Shown piece after piece: positions 12,319 through 24,900 of a stretch of 64,000 nt of DNA. Source of the DNA: Malacoraja senta. Lineage: Eukaryota. The position numbers were made by a program, and so were the translations under genes. The notes below the pieces were generated by a model that was given only the letters and a program-made list of their open reading frames with translations, did not search any database and had not been told where the DNA came from. The DNA is taken from NCBI GenBank assembly GCA_038087875.1, contig CM075991.1:8930001-8994000 (forward strand), in the 5' to 3' direction. The stretch's first letter is position 1, and each line of letters opens with the position of its first letter.

Positions 12319-12369
12319 CGAAACTCTCAATATGCGCATTGTGCCTTGTGTGGTATCTGAGGCTGAGGA

Positions 12370-12848
12370 TACCAGACTGATTCCTGGGATGTCAGGACTT
12401 TCATATGAAGAAAGACTGGATGGACTCGGCTTGTACTCGCTAGAATTTAGAAGATTGAGGGGGGATCTTATAGATACTTACAAAATTCTTAAGGGGTTGG
12501 ACAGGCTAGATACAGGAAGATTGTTCCCGATGTTGGGGAAGTCCAGAACAAGGGGTCACAGTTTAAGGATAAGGGGGAAGTCTTTTAGGACCGAGATGAG
12601 AAAATCATTTTTCACACAGAGAGTGGTGAATCTGTGGAATTCTCTGTCACAGAAGGTAATTGAGGCCAGTTCATTGGCTATATTTAAGAGGGAGTTAGAT
12701 GTGGCCCTTGTGGCTAAAGGGATCAGGGGGTATGGAGAGAAGGCAGGTACAGGATACTGAGTTGCCATGATCATATTGAATGGCGGTGCAGGCTCGAAGG
12801 GCCGAATGGCCTACTCCTGCACCTATTTTCTATGTTTCTATGTTTCTA
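12370..12848 (+). mobile_element. CR1/HER1-like LINE 3' end
   Basis: TRLIPGMSGLSYEERL...GIRGYGEKAGTGY*, followed by 3' UTR and (TATGTTTC)n tail. Confidence 0.95.
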
Positions 12849-13314
12849 TATTGGCAGTGGATTCATTCTTCCACAACCAATCGACGATGCCTCAGCCTCA
12901 TTCAACTCTCATTTCAGAATGTTTGGAGAAAAATAAATAACAGGAAAACAATTTCAGGCCGTTCTACTGAATCTTTTCTCTATTCTCTGTTTCCAAGTAG
13001 CGGGTTGAATGATTGCGTCCGTGATATCTGCTATCCATATCACTTAACATTCATGTAATCAACATCAGCAACTCCACTCTGCTGTTCAGAGAGCTCTGAT
13101 TGAAAGGCACTGTTTCATTGCAGCAAAGCCATTATCTAACTTTGGAGTGAATCATTTTAATAAAAAGCTCCAAGTGGTGCCCTGTTTTATCTCAGCTTGT
13201 GCTCAATATTTAAATTTGCTTGAGAGAAGAACAAAGACAAAGAGGAGCAGGCGGCTGACTTCATTAACAAACTGAACTGCCTGGGAGAGTGGAAATCAAA
13301 AGGAAATTAAACCA

Positions 13315-13626
13315 GGGCGGCACAAGGGCGCAGCGGTGGAGTTGCTGCCTCACAGCGACAGGGACCCGGGTTCGATCCCAGCCACGGGTACTGTCTGTAC
13401 GGAGTTTGAACGTTCCCCCCCGTGACCGCGTGGGTTTTCTCCGAGATCTTCGGTTTCCTCCCGCACACCAAAGACGTACAGGTTTGTAGGTTAATTGGCT
13501 TGGTATAAGTGTAAATTGGCGTTAGTGTGCGCGGGACAGCGTTAGTGTGCAGGGTTCGCTGGTCGGTGTGGACTCGGTGGGCCGAAGGGCCTGTTCCCGC
13601 GCTGTATCTCTAAAACTCAAACTAAA
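13315..13626 (+). mobile_element. V-SINE (HE1-like)
   Basis: tRNA head, V core, CTAAA tail. Confidence 0.9.
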
Positions 13627-13744
13627 AATGAACTGCAGATGCCGGAAATCTGATTCGAAATGAGAAGAGCCCGGAAATAGGGCGCAGCGGTAGAGTTTAC
13701 ATAATTTGTCTCAATTTACCTCTCCCAGTTTAGGTGACAACCTA

Positions 13745-14366
13745 TTAGATGCACAGCGTCTCTTGCCAAGAGTAGGGGAATCGAGGGCCAGAGGACATAG
13801 GTTTAAGGTGAAGGGGAAAATATCTAGTGACCGCGCTTTTGCGGTTGCAGCACCTAGACTGTGGAGCAGCATCCCTCTCCTCATCAGAACTGCCCCCTCC
13901 AACTCCTTTAAGTCAAGGCTCAAGACCTATTTCTACTCCCTAGCGTTTTTGAGTCCCTTCTGAGGGGTCGCTGTAAACAGTTTATGTATGTATTGTTAGG
14001 TCTGTGTACCATTGTATGTGGCACATTAATACCAGCACTGATGTACCGCACTTTGGTCAACCTGAGTTGTTTTTAAATGTGCTATAATTGACTGACTGAC
14101 TGACTGACTGAATAGGAATCTGAGTGGTGACATTTTTCACACAAAGGGTGGTGGGTGTATGGAACAAGCTGCTAGAGGAGGTAGTTGAAGCAGGTATTAT
14201 CCCAATGTTTAAGAAACAGTTAGACAGGTATCATGGGTAGGACGGGTTTGGAGGGATATGGGCCAAACGCAGGCAGGTGGGACTGGTGTAGCAGCTGGGA
14301 CATGTTGGCCGGTGTGGACGAGTTGGGCCAAAGGACCTGTTTCCACGCTGTATCACTCTGTGACTC
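13745..14366 (+). mobile_element. CR1 3' fragment interrupted by an L2 insertion
   Basis: LLPRVGESRARGHRFKVKGK breaks at about 13820 and resumes AATAGGAATCTG at 14111. Confidence 0.8.
13825..14110 (+). mobile_element. L2-clade LINE 3' end with (GACT)n tail
   Basis: DRAFAVAAPRLWSSIPLLIRTAPS...FKSRLKTYF is the typical L2 ORF2 end, followed by a GCACTTTGG...AAATGTGCTATA 3' stem and a GACT repeat. Confidence 0.85.
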
Positions 14367-14616
14367 TAAAGGGACTACCTGTTGGGATTTGGTGCTTTGG
14401 GTTGTATCATATCAGACCAACAAAAATCATCTGGTGCGTTGTTCGAAACATTTCCACCATTTTTTGTGCCGAATGGACATTTATAACGGCGCAATGCAAT
14501 GCTGAATTACATCCCTGTTTTTATATTCTAGTCCTGTCGAAATAAGTGTCAGCTTCTGGCAGCCTTTGCCCCATACCCATCTCTCTTTCCCAGTTTTCGT
14601 CCCCTGTTAAACCGAG

Positions 14617-14808
14617 GATAGACACAAAATGCTGGAGTAACTCAGCGGGCCAGGCAGCATCTATGGAGAGAAGGAATGGGTGACAGTTTAGGGTCGAGAC
14701 CCTTTTTAGACCACTCCAACCCGAGACTCGACCCGAAACGTCACCCATTCCTTCACTCCATAGATGCTGCCTGGCCCGCTGAGTTACTCCAGCATTTTGT
14801 GTCTATCT
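14617..14808. mobile_element. Foldback (inverted) pair of Penelope terminal repeats
   Basis: Arms GATAGACACAAAATGCTGGAGTAACTCAGCGGGCCAGGCAGCATCTATGGAG and its reverse complement. Confidence 0.85.
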
Positions 14809-15299
14809 TCCACTCAATCTGAAAATGGATACGGAACCAAAATGTTATCTGTCCATTCCCTCTGCGGATGCTGTCTGACCCACAGAGTTTATCCGCTGTT
14901 TCTTTGCCCACAGTGTGTTTAATAGATACTTGGCGGATTATTTGTCACGGCTGAGTTACTGCTCCTCATGTCTCAACTTGTATGAAAGATGTTGGTGTGG
15001 CAAAAGCAGCCCTCTCCCCTTCCTGCAATGCAAACCTTCACCCCTACCCCCCTCCCCTCCATTTGAGCAGTGTGGTAGCAGAGTGCACCATCCACAATAG
15101 CCTCACCCAAGGCTGTGTAGGCAGGGTTTGGGTTCCGATATAATGCACTCAGCCCCGCAATAGCCTGGAGCAAACACAAGATATGAGCCACTGTAACACA
15201 ATTAGACATTACCAGAAGGCAGTTAATTCCCTTGGAAGTGCATCCATGTAATAGCTGTCAACTTGGTTCCAGTGCAGAGGCTGTGAGGAGTTGGGGGGG

Positions 15300-15720
15300 T
15301 GGGGATTCGGCAGCAGCAGGAGCCTCGGCAGTAGCAGGAGCCTCGGTGGAAGTAGGAGCCCCAGCAGCGGTGGGGCCTCGTGATCGATCTGCGATCAGCA
15401 GTTGATGAGCATGAGGGGACCGTCGTGAAGAACAATGGGGACCCGGCTTGGGGTCCCGCCAGGAGGGACGGTGGGAGATCAAAGGGGGACCCGGTGTGGG
15501 GGAGGGGAGGGCACTCTAGTTTTCGAATCCTCTGCGTTTGGTTGTTTGTTTGTTCATTTGCGCTGTGCACATGGCAGCCAGCCAACAGTCGCTTTTTTTC
15601 ACTTTAAAATTAATTTACATTTCAAGTTTTCGTGTGACTTGTTGTGTGTTGTGACTGTTGGCAGACCAATTTCCCTCCGTGGATGAATAAAATTCCATCG
15701 TATTGTGTTGTATCATATTG
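15300..15720 (+). mobile_element. Probable non-autonomous retroelement 3' part (GC-rich body, Rex/Babar-like tail)
   Basis: Ends AATTTCCCTCCGTGGATGAATAAAATT followed by GTATT-like repeats. The body has 18-bp GCAGCAGGAGCCTCG-type repeats. Confidence 0.45.
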
Positions 15721-15774
15721 CAAATAGATAGAAATCCATCACAGAACTACCAAACAAAGACTTCAAATTCTAAT

Positions 15775-16182
15775 GTGTAAGAAGAAACTGCAGATGCTGG
15801 TTTAAACTGAAGATAGACACAAAAAGCTGGCGGGGACAGGCAGCATCTCTGGAGAGAAAGGAATGGGTGACGTTTCGGGTCGACCCCGAAACGTCACCCA
15901 TTCCTTCTCTCCAGAGATGCTGCTTGTCCTGCTGAGTTAAGGGCTTGGCCCACTTGGTCGTCATTTGCGCGTCATGCAGGTGGCGTGCGAAGATTTTGTG
16001 AATCCCGAAATCCTGGGGCACCGTGTCAATGCCTCACGCCACCACGTCTCACCACGTGCCAGCTGCGCGTAATGCATGCCATGCAGCGTCATGTATGCAT
16101 CACGCATAAATGATGTCGCGTAAATGACCGGCAAATAACGCCCTAGTGGGACAGGCCCTTTACTCCAGCTTTTTGTGTCTCC
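15775..16182. mobile_element. Foldback Penelope mini-element with 14-bp TSD, containing a MITE
   Basis: TSD CTTCAAATTCTAAT at 15761-15774 and 16183-16196. Centre reads GACGTTTCGGGTCGACCCCGAAACGTC. Confidence 0.85.
15940..16159. mobile_element. PIF/Harbinger-type MITE
   Basis: TIR AGGGCTTGGCCCACT/AGTGGGACAGGCCCT, TTA duplicated at 15937-15939 and 16160-16162. Confidence 0.85.
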
Positions 16183-16871
16183 CTTCAAATTCTAATCCTC
16201 TTGTTCCCACACCAATTCCATTCTTCTCCCTTTTACAGCAGTCCACTTGTTAGTTCAGAACACATCTCTAATCAGCGAAACATTTAATTTAAAGCTTAAA
16301 TTGGGATGGTTGCTCAAACGATCAAGTCTGTGCTTCTATCCTTGACCTTGCTTGAAGCTATTGAGGTTTTGTGTTTACTGATGGTACCTGGAATCTATTT
16401 AACGAGAGGCCACATTCAGCGTCAGCTTTGATAGATTTCACAGCAGGAGACGACACTGCTCCTTGGAGCGCAAAGGCTACATTGCGTTTTGCTTAAAGCT
16501 GAAATTGAATCAGACTGCTGCTGTCAATTCATTTGCAATATTCTCTTCCCTCAATTATAAGACAGCTTCAGCAATATAAACACACGATACCGGAATTGGA
16601 GAAGAAAATTGGGAATTCACAAAATCAAAAATGTTGTCCCATCCACACAATGTGTTTGATGAAGGGTCTCGACCCGAAACATCATCTATTATTTTTCTCC
16701 AGAGGTGCTGCCTGACCTGCTGAGTTACTCGATCATTTTGTGTCTATCTTCTTTGTCATTTCTTACAGCCTTGAGCAGAATTGTGTTAATTGTGTGTTTT
16801 GGTTTTTTGCTGTTATGACTGCAGGAACAAAATTTTGTTTGAACCTTGTATGTTTAAATGACAATAAATGG

Positions 16872-16913
16872 CATTCTATTCTATTCTATTCTATTCTATT
16901 CTATTCTATTCTA
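16872..16913. repeat. (ATTCT)n microsatellite, probably a retroelement tail
   Basis: About 8 tandem ATTCT units just after AATAAA. Confidence 0.9.
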
Positions 16914-16989
16914 TAGGATACTTTCAAAGCTGCATTCAATTATGGGATTTGTGTAGGTTTAATGTAAATAGTTGGTTGATGTTGACTTT

Positions 16990-17440
16990 CAGTTGAGTTT
17001 TAGTTCATTGACATGTAGGCTGAGGTACAGTGAAAAGCTTTTGTTACCTGCTAACCATTCAGCAGAAAGACACTACCCGATGACAACTGAGCCACTTACA
17101 GTGTATAGATACATGAGAATGGAATAACGTTTAGTGCAAGGTAAAGCCAGCAAAGTCCGAGCAAGGATAGTCTGAGGGACGTCAAAGAGGTAGATAGTAG
17201 TCCAGGACCGCTCTCTGGTTGTGGTAGGATGGTTCAGTTGCCTGATAACAGCTGGGAAGAAACTGTCCCCGAATCTGGAGGTGTGCGTTTCACACTTCTA
17301 TACCTTTTGCCTGATGGGAGGGGGGAGAAGAGCAGTGGCCGGGGTGCGACTCGTCCTTGATTCTGCTGCTGGCCTTGCTGAGGCAGCGTGAGATATAAAT
17401 GGCGTCAATAGAAGGGAGTTGGTTTGTGTGATGGTCTGGT
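16990..17440 (-). mobile_element. Rex/Babar-like LINE 3' end
   Basis: QTITQTN...LLPPPIRQKV coding remnant plus a 3' UTR that recurs at about 24440, 31620, 34245, 43900 and 63085. Confidence 0.75.
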
Positions 17441-17965
17441 GTGAAGTGATGTGATGTGGTGGGATAAATGTGTGATTCAGTGTGTTTGACTGTGATACAT
17501 CTGCTGAATTGATCATTGGGGTCAAGTTTTTGTTTTGTTTTGCCTCACATCAGTGTCCCAGATGTGCGTATAGAGCATCAGCAATAATGGTTCCTCCCGG
17601 TTAAAAGGCCTGCTTTTCTTGGTTTATCAATAGGGTTACAATTATTGTGCCTTTCGCATGAATTGCCGTCACTACTAAAACGTAGAATGTAACATTGAAT
17701 TGGATTGCCAGCCAAGGGCTTTGCATTGAAAACCTCGAGTGGTGCTTCAACCTTCTACAATTTCAAGCGTGAAACCAAAGCAGTGAAACCAAAATGTCCA
17801 ATGTGTCAGCTTCCATTAAAATAGGTTAAGCAATCCCCCATCATTTGTTTCGACAAAAACAATAGTCACAGCAAATATTTTTGCAGATTGAGAATATTCT
17901 TACACTATTGAGCGGTATATTAAATGGAGATGTAGAATTTCACAAGCAACGAAGTCACAGTGAAC

Positions 17966-18149
17966 ACACACACATGCACAAAAATGCTGGAGTAACTCAG
18001 CGGGACAGGCAGCATCTCTGGAGAGAAGGAATGGCTTTACCTTTCTGCCATTCCTTCTCTCCAAAGATGCTGCCTGTCCCGCTGAGTTACTCCAGCATTC
18101 TGTGACGACCTTTGATTTCAACCAGCATCTGCAGTTCTTTCCTGCACAT
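17966..18149. mobile_element. Foldback Penelope mini-element with 15-bp TSD
   Basis: GAAGTCAC(A/G)GTGAAC at 17951-17965 and 18150-18164, with inverted arms between. Confidence 0.8.
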
Positions 18150-18814
18150 GAAGTCACGGTGAACCTTTACTGTCTCAAAAAATACTGTTTGGCTACAGAT
18201 AGACACAAAATGCTGGGGTAACTCAGCGGGTCGGGCATCGTCATCTCTGGAGAAAATAGATAGCTGGCGTTTCAGGTCGGGACCCTTCTTCAGACTGATT
18301 GTCGGGGGGGGGGGGTTAGGGGTAGGCGTTGACAATGTGGGTGGAGTGAACGGGCTGGGGTTGTTCACCTGGGCAAAGAAAACATAAATGTTATGAAGGT
18401 ATGATTATGAAGATGTTGACCTCAATTGCATATCAAAGTGGAGCTGTGTGAAGACTGGGCTCTGATGTAAAACCCAAAGCAATGTAAAAAAGTGAGATAG
18501 CAATGGGAATACTTTATGTTCAGAGTGAGTTATATTTCAAATTTGATTTGAAAAGCAAATATCATCACGAGTAACTCATCAAAACTTTTCAACATCCGCA
18601 TCCAGCTACTGTTTACATGTGGTGAGGGTTTTTGTCTTTATAAGTCTTTCATCAAGTCATAGTTATACTCATAACATTACAGTGAGCATCCTGTTCCTCA
18701 CAGCGCCAGAGACCCGGTTGTGATCCTGACCTCAGGTGCTGTCCATGTGGAGTTTTTCTGCACTCCAGAGTACAGAAACCAGAGTACCCAGAAGAAACCC
18801 AATTGATCATAGGG

Positions 18815-19272
18815 AAAGCCCCACTGCGGGACGTGGATTTACCATCAGAGCCGATCCCTTGCCAGGGATCGACGCTCCAACCTTGGCCTGAGGATTTTAC
18901 CATCGAGGAGCTCGCAGTCTCGGGTAGAGACAGATGTCGGGAAGCTCCAAATGATCGCCCGGCGCGGGGAGTTGACATCCCCCCATGCAGGAGTCCGGAT
19001 CGCCACGACGCGGAGGGCCCGACCGCCGGCTACAGGAGTCCAGATCGCCCCGTCAACAGAAGGCTCGAGGCCCCCGACCACAGGAGAACAAAGAAGGGAA
19101 GAGATTGAACTTTTTTTCGCCTTCCATCACAGTGAGGAATGTGGAGGAGTCACTGTGGTGGATGTTCATGTTAAAATGTATTTTGTGTGTTCTGTTGCTT
19201 TTTATTGGTACGACTGTACGGCAAATGAAATTCCTCGTATGTTCCAAAACATACTTGGCTAATAAATGATGA
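18815..19272 (+). mobile_element. Probable non-autonomous retroelement (GC-rich body, AATAAA-containing tail)
   Basis: Internal repeats CAGGAGTCC(G/A)GATCGCC, then a 3' end GAAATTCCTCGTATGTT...ACATACTTGGCTAATAAA resembling Rex-type tails. Confidence 0.45.
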
Positions 19273-19949
19273 TTATAAAAGCATGCAAACTCCACATAGA
19301 CAGCAAATGTGGTCACGATTAAACCTAGGAAACTAGAGCTTTGTTGCAACATCTCCACTTGCTGAGCCACTGTGCCGACATTGAACGTTGACAGTAGATT
19401 GATAGAAAACAGCCCCATTGGTAAGTGTGTCCAGATCTAGGGGACATGTTTTTCTTTTTACACAGAGTGTTGGGAGCCTGGAATGTATTGCCAGGAGTGG
19501 TGGTGGAGGCAGATATGATAGTGGTGTTTTAAGAGGCTTTTAGACAGGCCCATGGGAATGTAGGGTATAGAGGGATATGGATCACACGCAGGGGAAGAAG
19601 ATAGGTTTAACTAGACTTCATGTTCTGGTACAAACGTTGTGGGCCGAAGGGCACATTCCTGTGCTGTACTGTTCTGGGTATTTCATTAAGCCGCTTGGCT
19701 AAAAACACAAAGAAGTGATTAAAGGGACACATCTTCTAACAGGGAGAGTCGGTAGGATTCGGAATACATTGCCAATGGATTCAATTCTTGGGCTCGTATA
19801 GGATTCATCATCATCGTTGAAAACATCAGCGACGCAGTGGTGCTGGTTTCCAACGGGAACGGTGACGGACGCACCACACATCTCTGTCCTCCATTCCCTG
19901 TGGACTTCCGCCACTGGATGTACAGGATTTTGGTGTGTGTGTGTGTGTG

Positions 19950-20215
19950 CTTCATCATCATTCCTTACAATGCCGTGTACGACAGTGATCGCAACTTCTA
20001 CTGAAGTGTGGATGGCCGTTGGCTCGCTAGGAGCTCATCCGCCCTTTGACAGCTCTTGTTTTTGGTCCTGCTGGGGGTCCACAGCCCCCTCCTCACCTGG
20101 CAAACCAGGTGGGGGGAGACGGTTTAGTCGCCGACTATCCGCCCATGGGGCAGGTAGCACGGGATTACATGGTACCCGTGGTGAGGGGGGGAACTGTCCC
20201 CCCGACCTGACCTCA
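19950..20215 (-). mobile_element. RTE-like non-autonomous element fragment
   Basis: The minus strand ends ...GGAATGATGATGAAG. The body has several GC hairpins, such as CACCTGG-CAAA-CCAGGTG. Family assignment is by resemblance only. Confidence 0.4.
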
Positions 20216-21171
20216 TATAGGAGCTTAATACAAATCCAAAGTCAAAGAACATGCAGGATATGAGGGAGAGCAGTTGGAACAAGCTGCCAGAGGAGGTAGT
20301 TGAGGCAGGTTCTACAACAACATCTAAAAGAAGATAGACACAGAATGCTGGAGTAACTCAGCGGGTCAGGCAGCATCTCTGGAGAAAAGGAATAGGTGAC
20401 GTTTCGTGTCGAGATCCTTCCGCACACTCTTTAGTCTGTTCTTTAGAGATTTAAAAGACATTTGGATAGGTACATGGATAGGAAAGGTTTAGAGGGATAT
20501 GGGGCAAACGTGGGCAGGTGGGAGTAGTGTAGAAGGGGCCTGTTAGTCGGCAGGGACAAGTCAGGTCGAAGGGCTTGTTTCCGTGCTGTAATACTCTGAG
20601 GACAAAGAATGCAACTAGGTGAATTGCTCTACATTGGGCTAGAATGAATTTAATGGGCCAAATAATCTCCTAAATTACTGCTATCGGTGAGATCTTGTTT
20701 TGCTCTTAGACTTCACATGAAAACAAAGTGGAAGAATGGGATTAACAGGAGTTGTGGAGGTTAATGGGACATATCCTCCTACATGTTGTTAGAGCTATTT
20801 AAAGTTTAAAATACTTAATTAAAAATAGCTAACTCCATAAAAACGGTCCTTAAACTATTAACTCAGTGGCCTAATCAGAGGCTAATGGAATGTCATTCTG
20901 ATGCGGCTCATAAGTATTGTTTTCAGTCAGATTATACTCTGCATGAGTGCAATTGAGCTGTATACAAATACAACAGGTAGTGGTGAAAAGAGGAAAGTAC
21001 CAGAGTGCAGAATATAGTGTTACACGCTCAGAGAAAGGGCAGATTGAAATAAAGTTCAAGGGCCCAAGAAGGTAGGTTGGGAGATCGGGGCTACACCCTC
21101 AGTTTGTGAGGGGACCATTCAGTAGTCTGATTACAGCGGGAAAGAACCTGTTCTTGAAACTGGTGGCATGT

Positions 21172-21926
21172 GGGGGCCACGGTTTAAGAATAAGGAGTAA
21201 GCCATTTAGAACGGAGACGAGGAAACACTTTTCCTCACAGAGAGTGGTGAGTCTGTGGAATTCTCTGCCTCAGAGGGCGGTGGAGGCCGGATCTCTGGAT
21301 GCTTTCAAGAGAGAGCTAGATAGGGCTCAAAGATAGTGGAGTCAGGGGATATGAGGAGAAGGCAGGAACAATAGACAATAAACAATAGGTGCAGGAGTAG
21401 GCCATTCGGCCCTTCGAGCCAGCACCGCCATTCAATGTGATCATGGCTGATCATCCCCAATCAGTACCCTGTTCCTGCCTTCTCCCCATATCCCCTGACT
21501 CCGCTATTTTTAAGAACGCTATCTAGCTCTCTCTTGAAAGCATCCAGAGAACCAGCCTCCACCGCCCTCTGAGGCAGAGAATTCACAGACTCACCACTCT
21601 CTGTGAGAAAAAGTGTTTCTCGTCTCCGTTCTAAATTGCTTATTCCTTATTCTTAAACTGTGGCCCTGGTTCTGGACTCCCCCAACATCGGGAACATGTT
21701 TCCTGCCTCTAGCGTGTCCAAGCCCTTAACAATCTTATATGTTTCAATGAGATCCCCTCTCATCTTTCTAAACTCCAGAGTAGACAAGCCCAGCCGCTCC
21801 ACTCTCTCAGCATATGACAGTCCCGCCATCCCTGGAATTAAACTTGTAAACCTACGCTGCACTCCCTCAATAGCAAGAATGTCCTTCCTCAAATTAGGGG
21901 ACCAAAACTGCACACAATACTCCAGG
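21172..21926. mobile_element. Two CR1 3' fragments in inverted orientation (+ 21172-21368; - 21368-21926)
   Basis: ORF 21106 (+) and ORF 21653..21955 (-) carry CR1 motifs, and the arms are reverse-complementary. Confidence 0.9.
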
Positions 21927-21974
21927 TGTCTATTGTCTATTGTGGTTTCCTGCACCTATTGTCTATTGTGTTGA

Positions 21975-22250
21975 CATCGACAATTGGGAAACCAATGCCA
22001 AGGACAGGAAACTCTGGCAAACCATCACCTAAGAAGGAGCAGCGACCTTCGAAGCCAAGAGTTAGAAGAAAAGAAGAAGAAAACGGAAAGAGAGGCAGCA
22101 ACAACTAAAGCCCGATCTGCCATCTGGAATTACCTGTCTTGAATGTCGAAGAACTTTCAAAGCAGGATTGGACTCATAAGCCACCTGAGTGTCCATAAAA
22201 ACAAATTGTAGACCATCAACCTCGGCCTCGAGGGATAGCCACGACGACGA
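21975..22250 (+). mobile_element. RTE-clade LINE 3' end with C2H2-like motif and (GAC)n tail
   Basis: EEKRRKRKERQQQLKPDLPSGITCLECRRTFKA..IGLISHL (one frameshift), then GGGATAGCCACGACGACGAT. Confidence 0.8.
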
Positions 22251-22311
22251 TCGTGGTTTCAAGCTTTTGCATCTTCTGCCCAAAGGGAGAAGTGTGGATC
22301 ACCAGGGTCTA

Positions 22312-22607
22312 AGCGTTTAGTCTGGAGATACAGCGAGGAAACAGGCCCTTCAGCGCACGGAATCCGTGTCGACCAGCGATCCCCACATAGTAACCGTGTG
22401 CTACACACAATAGGGACAATTTATCATCATACCAACCTAATTCGCCTGCAAACCTGTATGTCTTTGGAGTGTGGGAGGATCCCGGAGAAACCCACCAGGT
22501 CACGGGAGAACGTACAAACCCCGTACAGACAAGCGCCCGTAGTCAGGATCGAACCCATGTCTGGCGCTGTCAGGCAGTAGCTCAACCACTGCGCTACCAT
22601 GCCGCCC
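22312..22607 (-). mobile_element. V-SINE (HE1-like)
   Basis: Head, core and tail all recognisable. Confidence 0.85.
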
Positions 22608-23049
22608 ATAATCAAGTGTTGGCTGCTCGCTCGAGGCAGCATGATGAAGTGTAGATGGAATGGATGAGGAGGAGCAGGGGAAGAGTTGGTTAGTCTCATG
22701 TACTGTGCTGCATCCACAACTCTGCCAGTTCTTGCGGTCTTGGCAGAGCTGTGGCCAACCAAGCCGTGCTGCATCCCAACAGTTTGTTTGCTGCGATGCA
22801 TGAAGTTTGTGTTATGGGAGCAGAATTAGGCCATTTGGCCCCATCTACTCTACTCCGCCATTCAATCATGGTTGATTTATCTTTCCCTGTCAACCCCATT
22901 CTCCTGCCCTCTCCCCATAATCCCTGACACCCTTACTAACCAAGAATCTGGCATTCTTTGCCTTAGAAATACCCAGTCTTGGCTTCCACAGCTGTCTGCG
23001 GCAATGAATTTCACAGATTCACCACCCTCTGACTAAATAAATTCTTCCA

Positions 23050-23292
23050 AGGTAGACATAAATGCTGGAGAAACTCAGCGGCTGAGGCAGCATCTATGGA
23101 GCGAAGGAATAGGTGACGTTTCGGGGCGAGACCTTTCTTCAGACTGACCCGAAACGTCACCTATTCAGACTTCACGACCCGAAACGTCACCTATTTCCTT
23201 CGCTCCATAGATGCTGCCTCACCCGCTGAGTTTCTCCAGCATTTTTGTCTACCTTCGATTTTTCCAGCATCTGCAGTTCTTCCTTAAACAAA
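23050..23292. mobile_element. Foldback Penelope mini-element with 15-bp TSD, inserted in a CR1 3' fragment
   Basis: AAATAAATTCTTCCA at 23035-23049 and 23293-23307. The centre has GACCCGAAACGTCACCTATT twice. Confidence 0.85.
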
Positions 23293-23814
23293 AAATAAAT
23301 TCTTCCACATCTCTTTTCTAAAGGTTCATCCTTTTATTCTGAGGCTATGGCCTCTGGTGCTGGACTCTAGCATGGAAACATCCTCTCCACATCCACTCTA
23401 TCCTGGCCTTTGGTAAGAGTCGTTGAAGAGAGGACGATTCTCTTTGACCAAAGGTCGGCTGTGGACGTTGAGGGCTTGGTGTTCCATCCAGACAGCTGTT
23501 GTAGTAGGAGACCCAGGGGCAGTCACTTAAAGCGTTGATTGCAGGACCGACAGAAGCGACTAAGACAATGCACACATTTGCATTTCAAGGGAACTGAAGG
23601 CTTTGATTGATGCTACTGTAGATGGTGCACCAGGCTACACTGGGAAGGGACAGCAGTCACATTCCTGTTATGTAAGCGTATGATCCTTGACACCAACACC
23701 ATTCATCTCTCACAAATTCAAAACATCATGAAGGTGTTGAAATTACTTTCAGATTTTAAATGCAAATGAGGCTTTAAAGTTCAATTTTCTAATGTTCTAC
23801 TCCCCAACACACAC

Positions 23815-23965
23815 TCTATCTCTTTCTCTCTCTCCCTCTCTCTCTCCCCCTCCTCCTCTCTGTCCATCTCTCTCTCCCCATCTCCCTCCCCATCTGCCTG
23901 TCTGTCTCTGTCTCTTTCTGTCTGCCTGTCTCTCTCTGCCTCTCTCTCTCTCTCTCTCTCCCCCT

Positions 23966-24036
<71 letters not shown>

Positions 24037-24074
24037 TCTCCCTCTCTCTCTCTTTCTCTCCCTCTCCATCTCTC

Positions 24075-24138
<64 letters not shown>

Positions 24139-24159
24139 TCTCTCTCTCTCTCTCTCTCT
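23815..24159. repeat. (CT)n / polypyrimidine microsatellite
   Basis: About 340 bp of almost pure C/T. It accounts for the spurious ER/SL repeat ORFs. Confidence 0.98.
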
Positions 24160-24601
24160 GTAACTTCCACAGTTCTCTAGCAATTCACCCCTGTGTCCAT
24201 CTTTCCCACATGAACGCAGAATAAATTAAATCAGGAGAGAGGAGGTATCACATTTTTAAATGCCATAGAAAGCATGTTATCTATTCGCTACAGCTTGGTT
24301 TGCAAGCAGCTCCATCCAAGACTGCAAGAAATTGCAGAGAATTGTGGACGCAGCCCAGACCAGCGCACAAACCAACCTCTCTTCCGTTGACTCCATATAC
24401 ACCTCATGCTGCCTTGGCAAGGCCACCAGCATAATCAGCATAAAAAGCTTCTTAATTGCGCGCTATCCAGTCAGCGGAAAGACTACACATGATGACAATC
24501 AAGCTGCCCACAGTGTACAGATACATGATAAAGGAAATAATATTTAGTGCAAGATATAGTCCAGAAAAGGCCGATTAAAGATAGCCAAGTGAGGTAATGG
24601 T

Positions 24602-24900
24602 AGGTACACAAAAATGCTGGAGAAACTCAGCGGGTGCAGCAGCATCTATGGAGCGAAGGAAATAGGTAACGTTTCGGGCTGAAACCCTTCTTCAGACTGA
24701 TAGGGGGTGGGGAGAAGAAAGGAAAAAAGGAAAAAGGCGGAGGAGGAGCCCGAGGGCTGGGGGAGGGGAGGAGACAACCAGAGGGCTGATGAAGGGGAGG
24801 GGGACAGCAAGGGCTAGCAGAATTGGGAGAATTCAATTTTCAAGCCCCCAGGATGTAGACTGCCCAAGCGGAATATGAGGTGCATTTCCTGAGGTAATTT
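24602..24900 (-). mobile_element. Penelope 3' end (GIY-YIG C-terminus and terminal repeat, hammerhead core 24668-24695)
   Basis: HLIFRLGSLHPGGLKIEFSQF, then CTGAAGAAGGGTTTCAGCCCGAAACGTT on the minus strand. Confidence 0.85.

Noticed and set aside
19756..20004. Stop-free plus-strand frame (DSEYIANGFNSWARIGFIIIVEN...), superficially like a membrane-protein exon
   Set aside because: No recognisable homology and no good polypyrimidine acceptor. It runs through a (GT)n tract into a retroelement tail.
20090..20215. Possible further HDV-like ribozyme in the RTE-like fragment
   Set aside because: Hairpins are present, but I could not assign consistent P1/P2/P3 pairings or a TSD.
23781..24183. ER-rich and SL-rich ORFs
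   Set aside because: Translations of the (CT)n microsatellite.
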